A DNA stretch of 64,000 nucleotides from Stegostoma tigrinum. Lineage: Eukaryota. Position 1 is the first letter of the stretch. The number at the start of each line of letters is the position of its first letter. The translations under genes were made by a program, and so were the position numbers. The stretch spans positions 13,803,342 through 13,867,341 of the forward strand of contig NC_081391.1 in assembly GCF_030684315.1 (NCBI RefSeq). Reading direction: 5' to 3'. Of this stretch, positions 1 to 11,065 are shown piece by piece. The notes beneath the pieces are model-generated. The model saw only the letters and a program-made list of their open reading frames with translations. It was not told where the DNA came from and searched no databases.

Positions 1-152
1 CAACACCATTAGTGAACATTGTAAGGTGTCAACAATTTTCAGCTGATTGAATCATTAGTTTGCTTTAGACTAAACCAGTCCTCCAGTTCTGAGCATGAGA
101 AATGGGGTCAATGATGTGTTTAATGGGCTTTAACTTTTGTTCTCCCTTCCAG

Positions 153-2564
153 ATGTCCTACTTTGACCGGGATGATGTTGCCCTCGCCCATGTCTCCCGG
201 TTCTTCAAAGATCAGTCCCAAGAGAAGCAGGAACATGCAGAGAAGCTGCTGAAATTCCAGAATCAGCGTGGAGGCAGAGTCCTCCTCCAGGATGTGAAGG
301 TTGGAGTTTTTGGTGGGGGGTTGTGTGGCAGTGTGCAGGAATGGCAGCTCATGGTGTTTTCTGTCATTAGTGACAGGATTTTCACGTGGTAAAGGGTGTG
401 TAGGTTAGAGTTGGAGAACTTAGGCAGTGGGGAGGAGATGTGAGAAATGGCTGCTTGTGGTGAGGTTTCATGTCCTGAAAGAAAGTGAAAACTGTTCTTG
501 TTTGGCTCCCCTCCTTTTGACTAAAAGGGAAGATCCTCGAAACAAGCCTCTTGGCTCCCCTCCACCTGCTGCTTCTCCACACCGCGCCCCCCCCCCCCCC
601 ACCCCACCCCACCCCACCCCATGCTGACCCAACAAACACCAAACCACATTCATCCCATTTACTGCACTTGGTCTCCAGCCCCCATGGCATTGGTAGTTGT
701 CTAGAAGCTGCTTCAATATTGCAGCAGTAGATGCCTCCCCCACTGCCCCACCCACCCATATTATTTTTCCACTACCCTCTCGGCAAAGGATTCCTCTAAC
801 CTGCTTACTCCTCACATCAGTGCCCTCTGGTCTTAATGTCTCTTTCTCCCCACCCCCTCATAGCAGACACTCCCCATCTACTATCAAGACTCCACACTAA
901 TCAAATGCCATCACAGAAACATCTCAACTGACTTCACTCTGGGGATTGGAGTGAGAAATCTAATCTCTCCTTTTAATGGATTTTTCAGTCTTGGGGCAAC
1001 ATCCTAGTGACCCCTTCCAGTGCCATTGTGGCTCTGGTCACCACACTGTATTCCACGTTTGCATGGCCAATGCTGCAAAGTTTGTGACAAGACTGGAGTC
1101 CCTGGACTGCACCCCAGGAAATGGGGACAGGCATTGTGGAAGCCAACTTCCCCATCCTGTCTACACTTATGGATCCTTGAAATATCTTTAGTCTTGTGCT
1201 CTTGGTTCCTTTATTGTCAACATATTGCTGTCCCTTCAATGAATTAAATAGTAGTGCTGATTTTCATCATTCAGGTCAGTCCTATATGAAGCAATAGGCC
1301 CAGGTTGAAGTCCCACTTGTGCTTATGCTCCAAGCCTAGGGACAGTACCACTGCATAACAAGCCCCGGGCTCAAGTTGTGAATATCCTCCTTGGGATGCC
1401 ATCAGATGGGCACTGACAATTCTGTGCAAGCATAACTCTTATCCCCACTATGACCTGGTCATGAATTGACTCTCCTTTCGGAAGAAGCAAATAGGGCTAG
1501 GTGAAAGGAATTCTTAAATAACTAATCTGGGCTTCAGGGATGGCAGTGGTTAGCACAACTGCATCAGTGCTTGGGGCACAAGCTTAATTCTGGCCTCTGG
1601 TGACTGACTGGAATTTACATGTTCACCACATCTCTACATAGGTTTCCTCCCACAGTCCAATGATGTGCAGGTTAGGATAGGCCATGAAAAATGCAGGATT
1701 ACATGGCTAGGTCTAGGACCAGGTTGGATGCTCTTCAGACGGTCATGAGTGGGCAGAATGGCCTGTTGCATGCTGCAGGGATTTTTGTTTCTGAGGCTTA
1801 ACTGTCCTTCTGTCCATCCTTAGAAGCCAGAGAGGGATGAGTGGGTAACAGTCTGCAGACAATGCAGGTTGCCCTGGATCTGGAGAAGAATGTGAACCAG
1901 AGTTTGCTGGATCTACACCAACTCTCCACAGCCCAGACTGACCCTCATGTAAGCTTCACCACTTCATTCTCATCACTGCGAGACCCTCAGGGTAACACTT
2001 CATTGGTTGGTCTGTGTGGATTGGAAATTCACAGGTGTGCACTGATCACTTCGGGTCCATGCTGCTGAGCAGTTGTTACATGGTGATCAGTAATGAAGTG
2101 AAATGGGAGTTTGGAAGGCAATCCATTGGGAGTGATGAAGTGATATTGGCCATTGAATTCCCATTCTCACTTGGGAGCATTACAGTGGGATGATCATTGT
2201 CCATCACCATCCAACTCAGCTCCACTTCACAAACAGCAAGATGGAGCAGCTGAAATCCTATTGTCATCACCGACACAGATTTTCCAGGTGTTAGCTAAAT
2301 TTTCAGGGCTGTCTGGAACTAGTATGGTAAAGCCTGTTTTTCAGTGGGAATTCTGAAATTGTCTTGGATAGTGTTAATGCACCCAGTTGTCATATTCCTC
2401 TGTTGCAGCTGTGTGACTTCCTGGAGACTCACTATTTGGATGAGGAGGTGGAGATCATCAAGCAACTCGGGGACTACATCACCAACCTGAAGCGCCTGGG
2501 AGCCCCTGAGAATGGGATGGGAGAGTACCTGTTTGACAGGCTCTCCCTGGAGGACAGCAGTTAG
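153..2564 (+). pseudogene. Ferritin subunit gene copy 1 (exons 2-4; exon 1 outside window), 1-bp frameshift in exon 3
   Basis: Exon 2 153-299 ([49 protein letters not shown]), exon 3 1824-1948 (125 nt vs 126 in other copies; GAGTGGGT instead of GAGTGGGGT), exon 4 2409-2564 ([14 protein letters not shown]...LSLEDSS*). Canonical AG/GT junctions, AATAAA near 2690-2699. The deletion is in a G run and could be a sequencing error. Confidence 0.8.
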
Positions 2565-3627
2565 TGTGGCCTGGAGTACTGTCTGCTTGGTCTGAATGCA
2601 TTCCCCACTTCACCCTGGACAACCTGTCTCCTTCCAAGGAGAAGGGACTTGTGTAGCAAAGAATGTAATAGCTGTACCAGCTAAATGGAAATAAATAAAA
2701 TTATGTATTGATCTTGCTTATTGTCCATCATTCAGAGCTCTGAATACTTTGGGTGATAGCTCTTGCTTGAAGCCAGTTCTCTTCTGTAATTTGATTGGTC
2801 CAATTTCTAATTGGACTGGGCAACCCTTCACGGAATCGCTCACTATCCCCACATTAGAATGTAACTAGATGGAGTGTTTTTTTGGTTATTCCTGTGGAAA
2901 TTGAAGGTGCTTCTCCTCCAAATAGGATAAGGTTGGGATTTGTCAATTGTGGCATTGGCTTTCTTCTAGAGGACAATTAGTGCGCTTCTGGATATGGTGG
3001 GTTCAACTGTAGCTCAAAGCAATTGTCTTCCTCTGGTGCCAGGAAGCTCCCACACCGTCCAAAGAGACTTCTCTACCCAGCCTGATAGAATTTGGGATAG
3101 TGGTGTTCAATTGCACATTTCCCTTGAAATCTCTTCCCCGCCTCAGCCATCCTGCGTACTCAATTATTGCCTGAATGATGACAGCAACAAAAAGTGAAAA
3201 CAGCCCTTTATCTACTGACCCAGCTGCCTGATCACCAAGGTCTAAAGGAAGAGGCCCAGCAGGCTCTGATTTCAATCCAGCTGGCGGAAGCAGCAGAGCT
3301 GTGAAACAATCTCGATGGCCTGGTATATCTCTTTTTTTTTTTCCCCATTGGGCCCTACCCTGACCAAAACACACTATATTCTCAGTATTGTTACTTTTTG
3401 GTTTCACCATCCCAAACTGTGGCTGGAGCTCCTTCTCTTCCGCCTCTTCCCCGCTTCTCTTTCCCCCCGCCCGCAACCCAACCTCTTCTTTCTTTTCTTT
3501 CCACGTGCCCCCAGCAGCCTTAACCTTCACCACAGCCCCTTCCCCTGGGAGTCAGCTCAAGACATTCACCTGAACTGGACTGGATTATCATGTAGAGCCT
3601 CATTGCCGCTTACAGCAGGATAACAGG

Positions 3628-3945
3628 GACCTGGGAATAACACAGCAATGCACCTGGTTAAATGCTGCTGTTTGATTGGCTCTTGTTGCTAAAGCCAGCA
3701 TTGAGCGCACTAAGCTGCTCCCTTGGTGAACATTATTCCTGATGCAGGTTGATTGGGTGAAATCACATTGAAGGAGCAAAGTGGCTCGGAGAGGAGACAT
3801 GGAGATGCTGACTTTCCTTTACGGCTGCTTCTTTTATCTTTCAAGGTGTCAGAGATCATGGGTTCGTGAGGGGGCTATCAGAGACATCCTGAGGATTGTT
3901 CCAGGGAGTTTTGTAGCGAGTGCACACTGCAGCCTTCATAGAGGT
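3628..3945. repeat. Conserved spacer block Y (also ~20908-21245, ~30285-30615, ~47076-47412, ~55757-56075; diverged forms near 11720, 38280, 63900)
   Basis: Shared GGTTAAATGCTGCC/TATTTGATTGGCTCTTG...GCATTGAGCGCACT...GAGTGCACACTGCAGCC. The 3' half resembles the same old LINE family. Confidence 0.6.
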
Positions 3946-4059
3946 TGGCGGGGGGGGAGGGGTTGCTGCAGAGTCAAAAGGCACTCAACATATTTGTTCC
4001 ACCACATAAAGCAATTTATTTTCGGTGAAAAAGTCTGGGCTACAGTAACCCTCAAGTGC

Positions 4060-4300
4060 AGGAAGGGACCATTAGGCCCATTAAATCTGCATCAACCTTC
4101 TGAACAGCATCCTCTTTAGACCCAACCCCTTTGCCTTAAATCCACATTTCCCACGGCTAATCGACCTAGTCTGCAGGCCCCTGCTCACGATCGACAATCT
4201 GCAAATCATTGGGCTGTGTGAGGAAACTCAAGCACCTGGAGGTAATCCACGCAGGCCATCACCCATGGGTAGAATCGAACCTGGGTCCCTGGCACTGAGC
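4060..4300 (-). mobile_element. tRNA-derived SINE relic (homologues near 21340-21610, 30710-30960, 47510-47735, 56170-56435)
   Basis: GAATCGAACCTGGGTCCCTGGCACTGAG is the reverse complement of a B-box region (GGTTCGATTC) typical of fish/shark SINE heads. Confidence 0.6.
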
Positions 4301-4644
4301 CGCCAAAGCATTCTAAAGTACCAAAGGAAAGGAATACACTGCGGCAAACTACATCATGGGAATAGACTCTGCAGCCCAGCCCGAACTTGCAGACCAGGTT
4401 TTCATAAACTGTGTAGTGCCATTTGCCTACATTTGGCCCATCTTTCTCTAAACCGTTCCTTTCCATGTAAATCTCCAAATGTCACTTAAATGTTGTAATT
4501 CTATCCACCTCTACCACTTCCTCTAGCAGCTCGTTCCACACACGCACCACACTATGTGTGAAAATGTTGTCACTCACACCCCTTTTAAATCTTGCCCCTC
4601 TCCCCTCAAACCAATGCCCTCTAGTTTTGGACCCCCCCTACCCT

Positions 4645-5030
4645 GTCCCAGCATGCTTTTTATATACAGTCAATCTTGAGTGTGCCAATGGCAAGGCTAC
4701 ATTTAGTGCTCAGCAACTCTTACACTTCAGGAGGTGGTAATGAGCTGCGTATTACAGTCCACCTGGTGTCGGAGAGACCGGAATGATGCTGCTGCTGTTG
4801 CTGAGGAGGGGCTTCTGGGATTTTCATTCACAAACAGGGATATTGTTCCAAGTCAGGATGGTGACAGAGTTACATGGAGCTGCTTGAGTGTCGTTGGTGC
4901 TGCCTCCAGCGAGAACATTGTAAACTATTCCAGCACTACTCCCAATTTCAGCCTTATTGAGGGTGGGCAGGTTTTGGAAACTCAGGAGTTGAGTACTTCC
5001 TGACAGAATTCCCAGCATCTGAATTCCCAG
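4645..5030 (-). mobile_element. Ancient LINE 3'-end relic, conserved upstream block X (also ~12810, ~21985, ~31278, ~38913, ~56776)
   Basis: Near-identical ~230-bp core upstream of 6 of 7 promoters. Motifs GGTGGTGATGAGCTG, TTCCAAGTCAGGATGGTG and CAGAATTCCCAGC resemble, from memory, the 3' end of a shark L2/CR1-like LINE; needs a Dfam check. Confidence 0.5.
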
Positions 5031-5589
5031 TTTCTGAGCTGTACCATCTACAGAACGCAATGTAAACAGGACCAGAAATTGCTCACTTGGAAACATGCTG
5101 GGGTTAATCGCTAGTTCTACTTCAACCAACGAAAAACGAAACTGGGAGACAGAAATGTTCAACGTGCGATACATTTCTAGCAGCAACTGAGACATAGAGG
5201 CCTGAGGCCTACTGTGTAGAAGAGGCACTCAGCACATTTAGCGTTTTGCTTTTCAAACTGGGCCTTCAAGGTCAAGGTCAGGGAGATCACATCAGATGCA
5301 GATTGGATCCACAAAGTACATCAGTTGCCTGTTTTAGATGATCCAAAAGCACATTATTTCTGTTGCTGCACAGAAATAGGAAAATGTTCAGATCAACCAA
5401 ATCGAGCCAGTTTTCAAAGGGCTCCAACACCAACGTTCAAAAATTATGACGACTAATCCCTCAGAATAGCAATCCGACAGAATTCTGCAAATCTGTGATG
5501 AGTGTGTCTTAACGCACAACCTCAGATACAGACGTGAAGTTTTAGAGTATATTTTATTCTCATTTTCAGGGAGATGTCCTTCCAGAATT

Positions 5590-5800
5590 TGCACTTGTGC
5601 GGGAGGTCAAAGGTCATTTCAGCAATTTCATCATCAACCAGTTGTCAATTCTGATTGGTTTTTTGACCCGATTCCCATCCTGCACTGATTGGATGTGGCA
5701 GCTGATCAAGTGATTAACAAGAGTGTTTGGCCATCACTGATGATCTCATTTCCTGCTTCATAAAATGAGTGTTGGCTCCTGGAGTATAAATAGAGTCCCA
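5590..5800 (+). promoter_or_regulatory. Proximal promoter of copy 2: DR1, inverted CCAAT boxes, E-box, TATA
   Basis: AGGTCAAAGGTCA 5604-5616; CTGATTGG twice; CAGCTG; TATAAATA 5785-5792, 94 nt before the ATG. The block recurs upstream of every exon 1. Confidence 0.75.
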
Positions 5801-5878
5801 GGGCAGGGATGTTTATTGTTGCTTTTAACTTTGTCATTTTTGTGGTGAGGAAAATAAAGCAAGCTTTTCCTTTATAAG

Positions 5879-8800
5879 ATGGCCTCCCAGATCAGTCAGA
5901 ACTATCACCAGGATTGTGAAGCTGCTGTCAACAAGCAGATCAATGTGGAGCTCACTGCCTCCTATCTCTATCAGTCTTTGGTGAGTGGTGTCTCTGTTGG
6001 GTGAAACATACTTCTGTTCTGTTGAAGTAACCTCTTCCCCTTGGATGTAATTAAGTTGTCTATCTTCTAGACTGAGTTTTGTGGCTCCTACCTCTTTCTC
6101 AATGCAGGATGAGTGTGATGTTACTGTAACAATAGTTTGGTGTCTAATGTTACTCTAACTTGGGTCCCAGTTGGTTGTCAGTGAGATGTGGAGGGTGGAG
6201 TGTTCTTGTAGTTACTTGCCTGTCCCATGATGGTGCTGTGACTGGTGGTAATTATCGCTTCCTGTGACTGTTTGTTTGAAACTTGAGGGAACAAAATTAA
6301 AAATGAATTGGGACTCACCATTGTGGGAACGGAAGCACCATCGGCTAGTCACTGCTCTTCTTTTCCTCCTTGTATCCTTGCTTGTATTTGAATTTTGTGG
6401 TGATCCCAACTTAACATCTCAAATAATCTTGATTTCCTATTGCAATCAGCTTAGAATAGGCTTGTTCTAGCCCTGCAGAGCTGGGCTGAGAAGTGGCAAA
6501 TGGAGTTTAATGCAGACAAGTGTGAGGTGATGCACTTTGGTAGGAGTAACCAGCAGGCAAAGCACGAGGCTAATGGTAAGATTCTTAGTAATGTAGATGA
6601 GGAGAGAGATCTCGGTGTCCACGTAAACAGGTCCTTGAAAGTTGCCATCCAGGTTGACAGGGCGGTTAAGAAGGCAGTGTTTTCTCTTTGATTAATAGAG
6701 GCATTGAGTTCTGGAACCAAGAGGTTATGGTGAAGCTGTACCAAACTCTGGTGTGGCTGCACTTGTAGTATTGTATACAGTTCTGGTCACTGCATTATAA
6801 GGATGTGGAAGCTTTGGCAAGAGTGCAGAGGAGGTTTACTAGGATGTTGCCTGGTATCGAGGGAAGCTCTTATGAGGAAAGACTGAGGGACTTGAGGCTG
6901 TCTTCATTGGTGAGAAGGTTGAGAGTTGACTTAATTGAAACATATAATATTCTGAGGGTTGGAAAGGGAAATCCTCTTTCTGCGGACGGTGAGCATGAGG
7001 GGGCATAGCTGTAAATTGAGGGATGATAGATATAGGACAGATGTCTGAGGTAGTTTCTTTACTCAGTAGTAAGGGAATGGAATGCTTTGCCTGTGACGGT
7101 AGTAGATTTGCCAACTTTAGGTACATTTAAGTCGTCATTGGACAAGCATATGGACGTACAGGGAATAGTCTAGGTTAGATGGGCTTGAGATCAGTATGAC
7201 AAGTTGACACAACATCTAGGGCCTGTACTGTGCTGTTATGTTCTAGTTTCAGATTAAACTGGGTGAGGTTGTGACTGGTATCTGATCAAGCAGATCTCCA
7301 TTTGAGATCTACTTTGCTTTTTTTCATACTCATGAGGTGGGTGTGGGCTGTCTGTATATCAGTGTTGGAGCTTTTCCAAGGCATGGCACTGCCGTGGGGC
7401 TGAGAATGTGCGGAGGGTACTGACCCAGTGAATATGGAAAAAATAGCTTATTCCTGTTGTATTTGGCCTGACTCTAAACTAACTAGCCCCTCTTTCCCCA
7501 GGTGGTTGGGTGCCTGTGCCCTTCCAAGGGGTAGAATGTGTTTAGAAGGTGTTAGAAGTAACCTTAGTGAGTGTTGCCGGGTGCTCTCTGGGCTTGTGCT
7601 TGTCAGCAGGAAGTCCTCTCATGATGAGGATCAAGTCCCTGTCAGCCCCACTTTGGGAGGTGGCAACAGCTTTCATTGAGCCAGCAGTTCAGTTTTAATC
7701 GCTGACCCATGTTCCTAACACAACTTGGAAGCATGTCCCAAGAGTAAAATCTCCACTATTCTACATCTTCTAACTGCCCATTTAAATGGGCAATGATAAA
7801 TTGTGCTTGTGTTTGCATTTGACAATTAAAGCAACTTTTTTCAGCAGGATTCCCAAGAATGTGTGTCTTAGTAGCTGCTTCCAATAGCAGACCTGGTAAA
7901 CCTGAATACATTGAATTGTGAACATCCTGGTTTAGAAATCTACAGGACTTTGCCTGTTGGATTAAGTCAACAGTAGCATTTCCACGTTACTGTTTTAATA
8001 AGTGATGTTGTCTAGAGAGTAGGTGATCTGCAGGTCACTGTCATATTTGTCATGTGATCAGTTTGTTTTGTCAATCAGTGTTTCATGTGTAATGGTACAA
8101 GTTGCTAGCAGTCTCAGTACAGCTGTTTTAGATGCAGCAGTAAACTGTATCTAGAACAATCCAAAGACTGTCCCGAGGCAGGCTTTCCTTGGCAGATTCT
8201 TGGTGCCCATGTCCTTCATTCATCCCTTCCCCCTCACCCCAGCCACCCCACTACTGCAGCCCTTGTCAAACTAATAGATACAGTGCATCCAATTGCATTG
8301 ATCCTGACTAAGCAGAAAATGTGCTCCTTCCTAGCTGTTAGTTGCAGTGTCTGGGATCTGTTTTCTGGCCTTTGCCAAAGGAGCAATAGCGTGCCCTGCA
8401 GCTGTTCTATTGGTGCACATCCTGCATTCCAGCTTCTGGCATTTCTTGAAACCCTATTCAATCAGTAATTTATCCCATTTCTGGTGGAGGTTAATCAGTA
8501 AAAACATCAATTCACACTTGTTCTCACCCAATGCTGTGCCAGACCCACTGAGCAATTTGCCAGGAGTTTCAAACCAAAATAAAACACATGGTGTTTACAG
8601 CTTACCTGGAGGAAGCTGGGATTGTTTTGATTTTTCCAATTCAACAGGAACTGCTCAAAACTGGGTTCTGAATTGTTAATGCATCAGGTACTTAACAGCT
8701 TATTGTCAGTCTGATTTTTAGAATGCTCAAGTAGCCCTGGAGCTCTGAACTAAAATTGGCCCGTGACTTGTTAATGGGCTTTACCTTGATCTCCCTTCCA

Positions 8801-11065
8801 GATGTCCTACTTTGACCGGGATGATGTTGCCCTCCCCCATGTCTCCCGCTTCTTCAAACATCAGTCCCAGGAGAAGCGGGAACATGCAGAGAAGCTGCTG
8901 AACTTCCAGAATCAGCGTGGAGGCCGGGTCCTCCTCCAGGATGTGAAGGTTGGAGTTGGGTGGGGTGGGGGTTGGGATGGTAATGGCTGCTCTTGTGGTG
9001 TGGTTTCAAGTCAGTGACAAGGTTTTCATTTGAGTCAAAACTTTGTTCGGCCTGTTTGATCTCCTTTTTGAAGCCAGTGTAGAAAGAAGCCCTTTGGCCC
9101 ACCATGTCTTTGCTGACCCCACAAACACTAAAGCACATTAATCCCATTTACCTTCCCTTGGTCCACAGGCCACTGTCCTGGCACTATATACTTGTCCAGC
9201 TGGACCTTAAACTGATCTGGAGTAGCTGACTCCACCACCATCCAACCCTTTATGTGGTTCATCTCATATTTCTAACCTCCCCCTCGGAGGAGGGTGAAGA
9301 GAACGTTTCCTCCAATCCCCTCTAACCTGCTTACTCCACAAACCTGGTTTCTCTCTGGTCTTGCTGTCTGCTATGGGGAAGACATTCCATCAACTGGCCA
9401 CTCTCTATTCTTCAATAGTTACATCAGGTCACTCCCTCAGCCGTTCCTGCTCCACAGAAAATCCCAGCCGATCTAACCTCCAATCAATGGATCTTGGGCA
9501 ACAGCCTGGGCAACCTCACCAGCTTCCCCCTGCAGTGCCATCCTGTCCTTGTGACTGGTGAGGCCCAAGAGGGAATAATGTGGTGACTAGAAGAACAAAC
9601 TGTGACAAGACTGGCCCCCTTCCTGTTCCACCACACCCAACTAATAGAGGTTGCTTGCCCTCTGTCACTGTTACACCCTGTTGACCTTGTCTGAACTTTG
9701 AGGGATCTATGGTTGTGGGCCTTTCTTCACTGTTAGCAGCACAACACACTTTGCAAACACCTCGCTGTCCCTTGGATGAATTAAATAGCCGTGATGTTTC
9801 TGATCATCCTGCTCAGGCATGTATGAAGCCACCAGCACAAGTGGTACTTGAACCTTGGCCTTGTCAGCCAGAGACAGGGGCACTACCACTGTACCATGAC
9901 AGCATTTAGGATTCACTTGTGAATATCCTCGCAATTCCATCAGATGGACCCTGATGCAAATCTTGTCATTATCCCCCACAATGACCTGTTATTCAACTTC
10001 CTCCTTCAGATCAAGGACCGACAGGCAAGGTGAAAGCAATTCTGAAGGAACTGTGCTCCAGGGCTGCCTCAGGGGCTAGCAGTGTTCTCAGTGCTAGGGA
10101 CACAGGTCTGGATCTGGCCTCTGGTGAGGGACTGGTGTTTACATGTCCTCCCCATGTCTGCATTGGTGTCCTCATAGGATAAGGGGATTGGCCATCTGAA
10201 ATGCAGGGTTACAGGAATAGGGTGGGAGAATGACGAGTTGGGATCCTCTTCAGAGCAGTTACAGACTGATCCACGTTGTAAAGATTCTGAAGCTTAACTG
10301 TCCAACTTTCCTTCCTCCAGAAGCCAGAGAGGGATGAGTGGGGTAACAGCCTGCAGGCAATGCAGGTTGCCCTGGATCTGGAGAAGAATGTGAACCAGAG
10401 TTTGTTGGATCTACACCAAGTCGCCACAGCCCAGACTGACCCTCATGTAAGCTTCACCTCCTCATTGACTTCACTGCTAGGCCCTCAGGGCAACACGTTC
10501 ATTGGTTGGTCTTTTGTGGATTAGAAATTCAGTTAGACTTTGTTTTTGTGCAGATGACATGGATCACTTCAGATCCATAGTGATTACAAAATCATTGCTG
10601 AGCAGTTGAGTCCAAGTGTGTATTTTAACTTGTAAACCTGTGGGGAGGACTGAGGGGATATTGGTCACTGAATTCTCATTCAGGACCACTGCAGTGGAAT
10701 GACTTTTATCCGTCACAAGTTAACTCTGCTCCAGTAAATAAACAGCAAGATGAAACTGCTAAAAAGCAGTTGTCCTCTTTGCACAATTTCTCCAGGCGTT
10801 GGCTCGAGACATCCCTGACCATCTCCCTCCATATGCATGTTTTTAGTGGGAATTCTGAAGTTGTCTTGGATAGTGTTAATGTACCAAGTGTCATATTCCT
10901 CTGTTGCAGCTGTGTGACTTCCTGGAGACCCACTATTTGGATGAGGAGGTGAGGATCATCAAGCAACTCGGGGACTACATCACCAACCTGAAGCGCCTGG
11001 GAGCCCCTGAGAATGGGATGGGAGAGTACCTGTTTGACAGGCTCTCCCTGGAGGACAGCAGTTAG
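5879..11065 (+). CDS. Ferritin subunit gene copy 2 (type A), intact, 176 aa, H/M-like scaffold with L-type K62/E141
   Basis: Exons 5879-5980, 8802-8948, 10321-10446, 10910-11065, all GT-AG and phase 0. Joined frame is open: [47 protein letters not shown].../[26 protein letters not shown].../[19 protein letters not shown]...; ferritin motifs EHAEKL, QNQRGGR, DPHLCDFLE. TATA 5785, AATAAA 11193. Confidence 0.93.
6473..7246 (+). mobile_element. 5'-truncated CR1 LINE in intron 1 of copy 2
   Basis: Broken ORF2 C-terminus ([36 protein letters not shown]) followed by CR1-type 3' end TGTACTGTGCTGTTATGTTCTA. Confidence 0.92.

Larger units (their letters stand above)
4200..10200 (+). repeat. Segmental duplicate of ~56335-62340 (52.1-kb offset)
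   Basis: Spacer, promoter, introns and CR1 insert are near-identical; the spurious ORFs repeat in the same order. Confidence 0.9.

Noticed and set aside
586-620. Poly-C tracts (also ~12723, ~38810, ~63396) and Pro/Gly-rich ORFs
   Set aside because: Low-complexity, length-variable simple sequence.
4558-5003. Recurrent ORFs (…VNLECANGKATFSAQQLLHFRRW, MVMSC…) suggesting a second gene in each unit
   Set aside because: They recur because the DNA block recurs; starts and lengths vary, there is no recognisable domain and no consistent exon chain.
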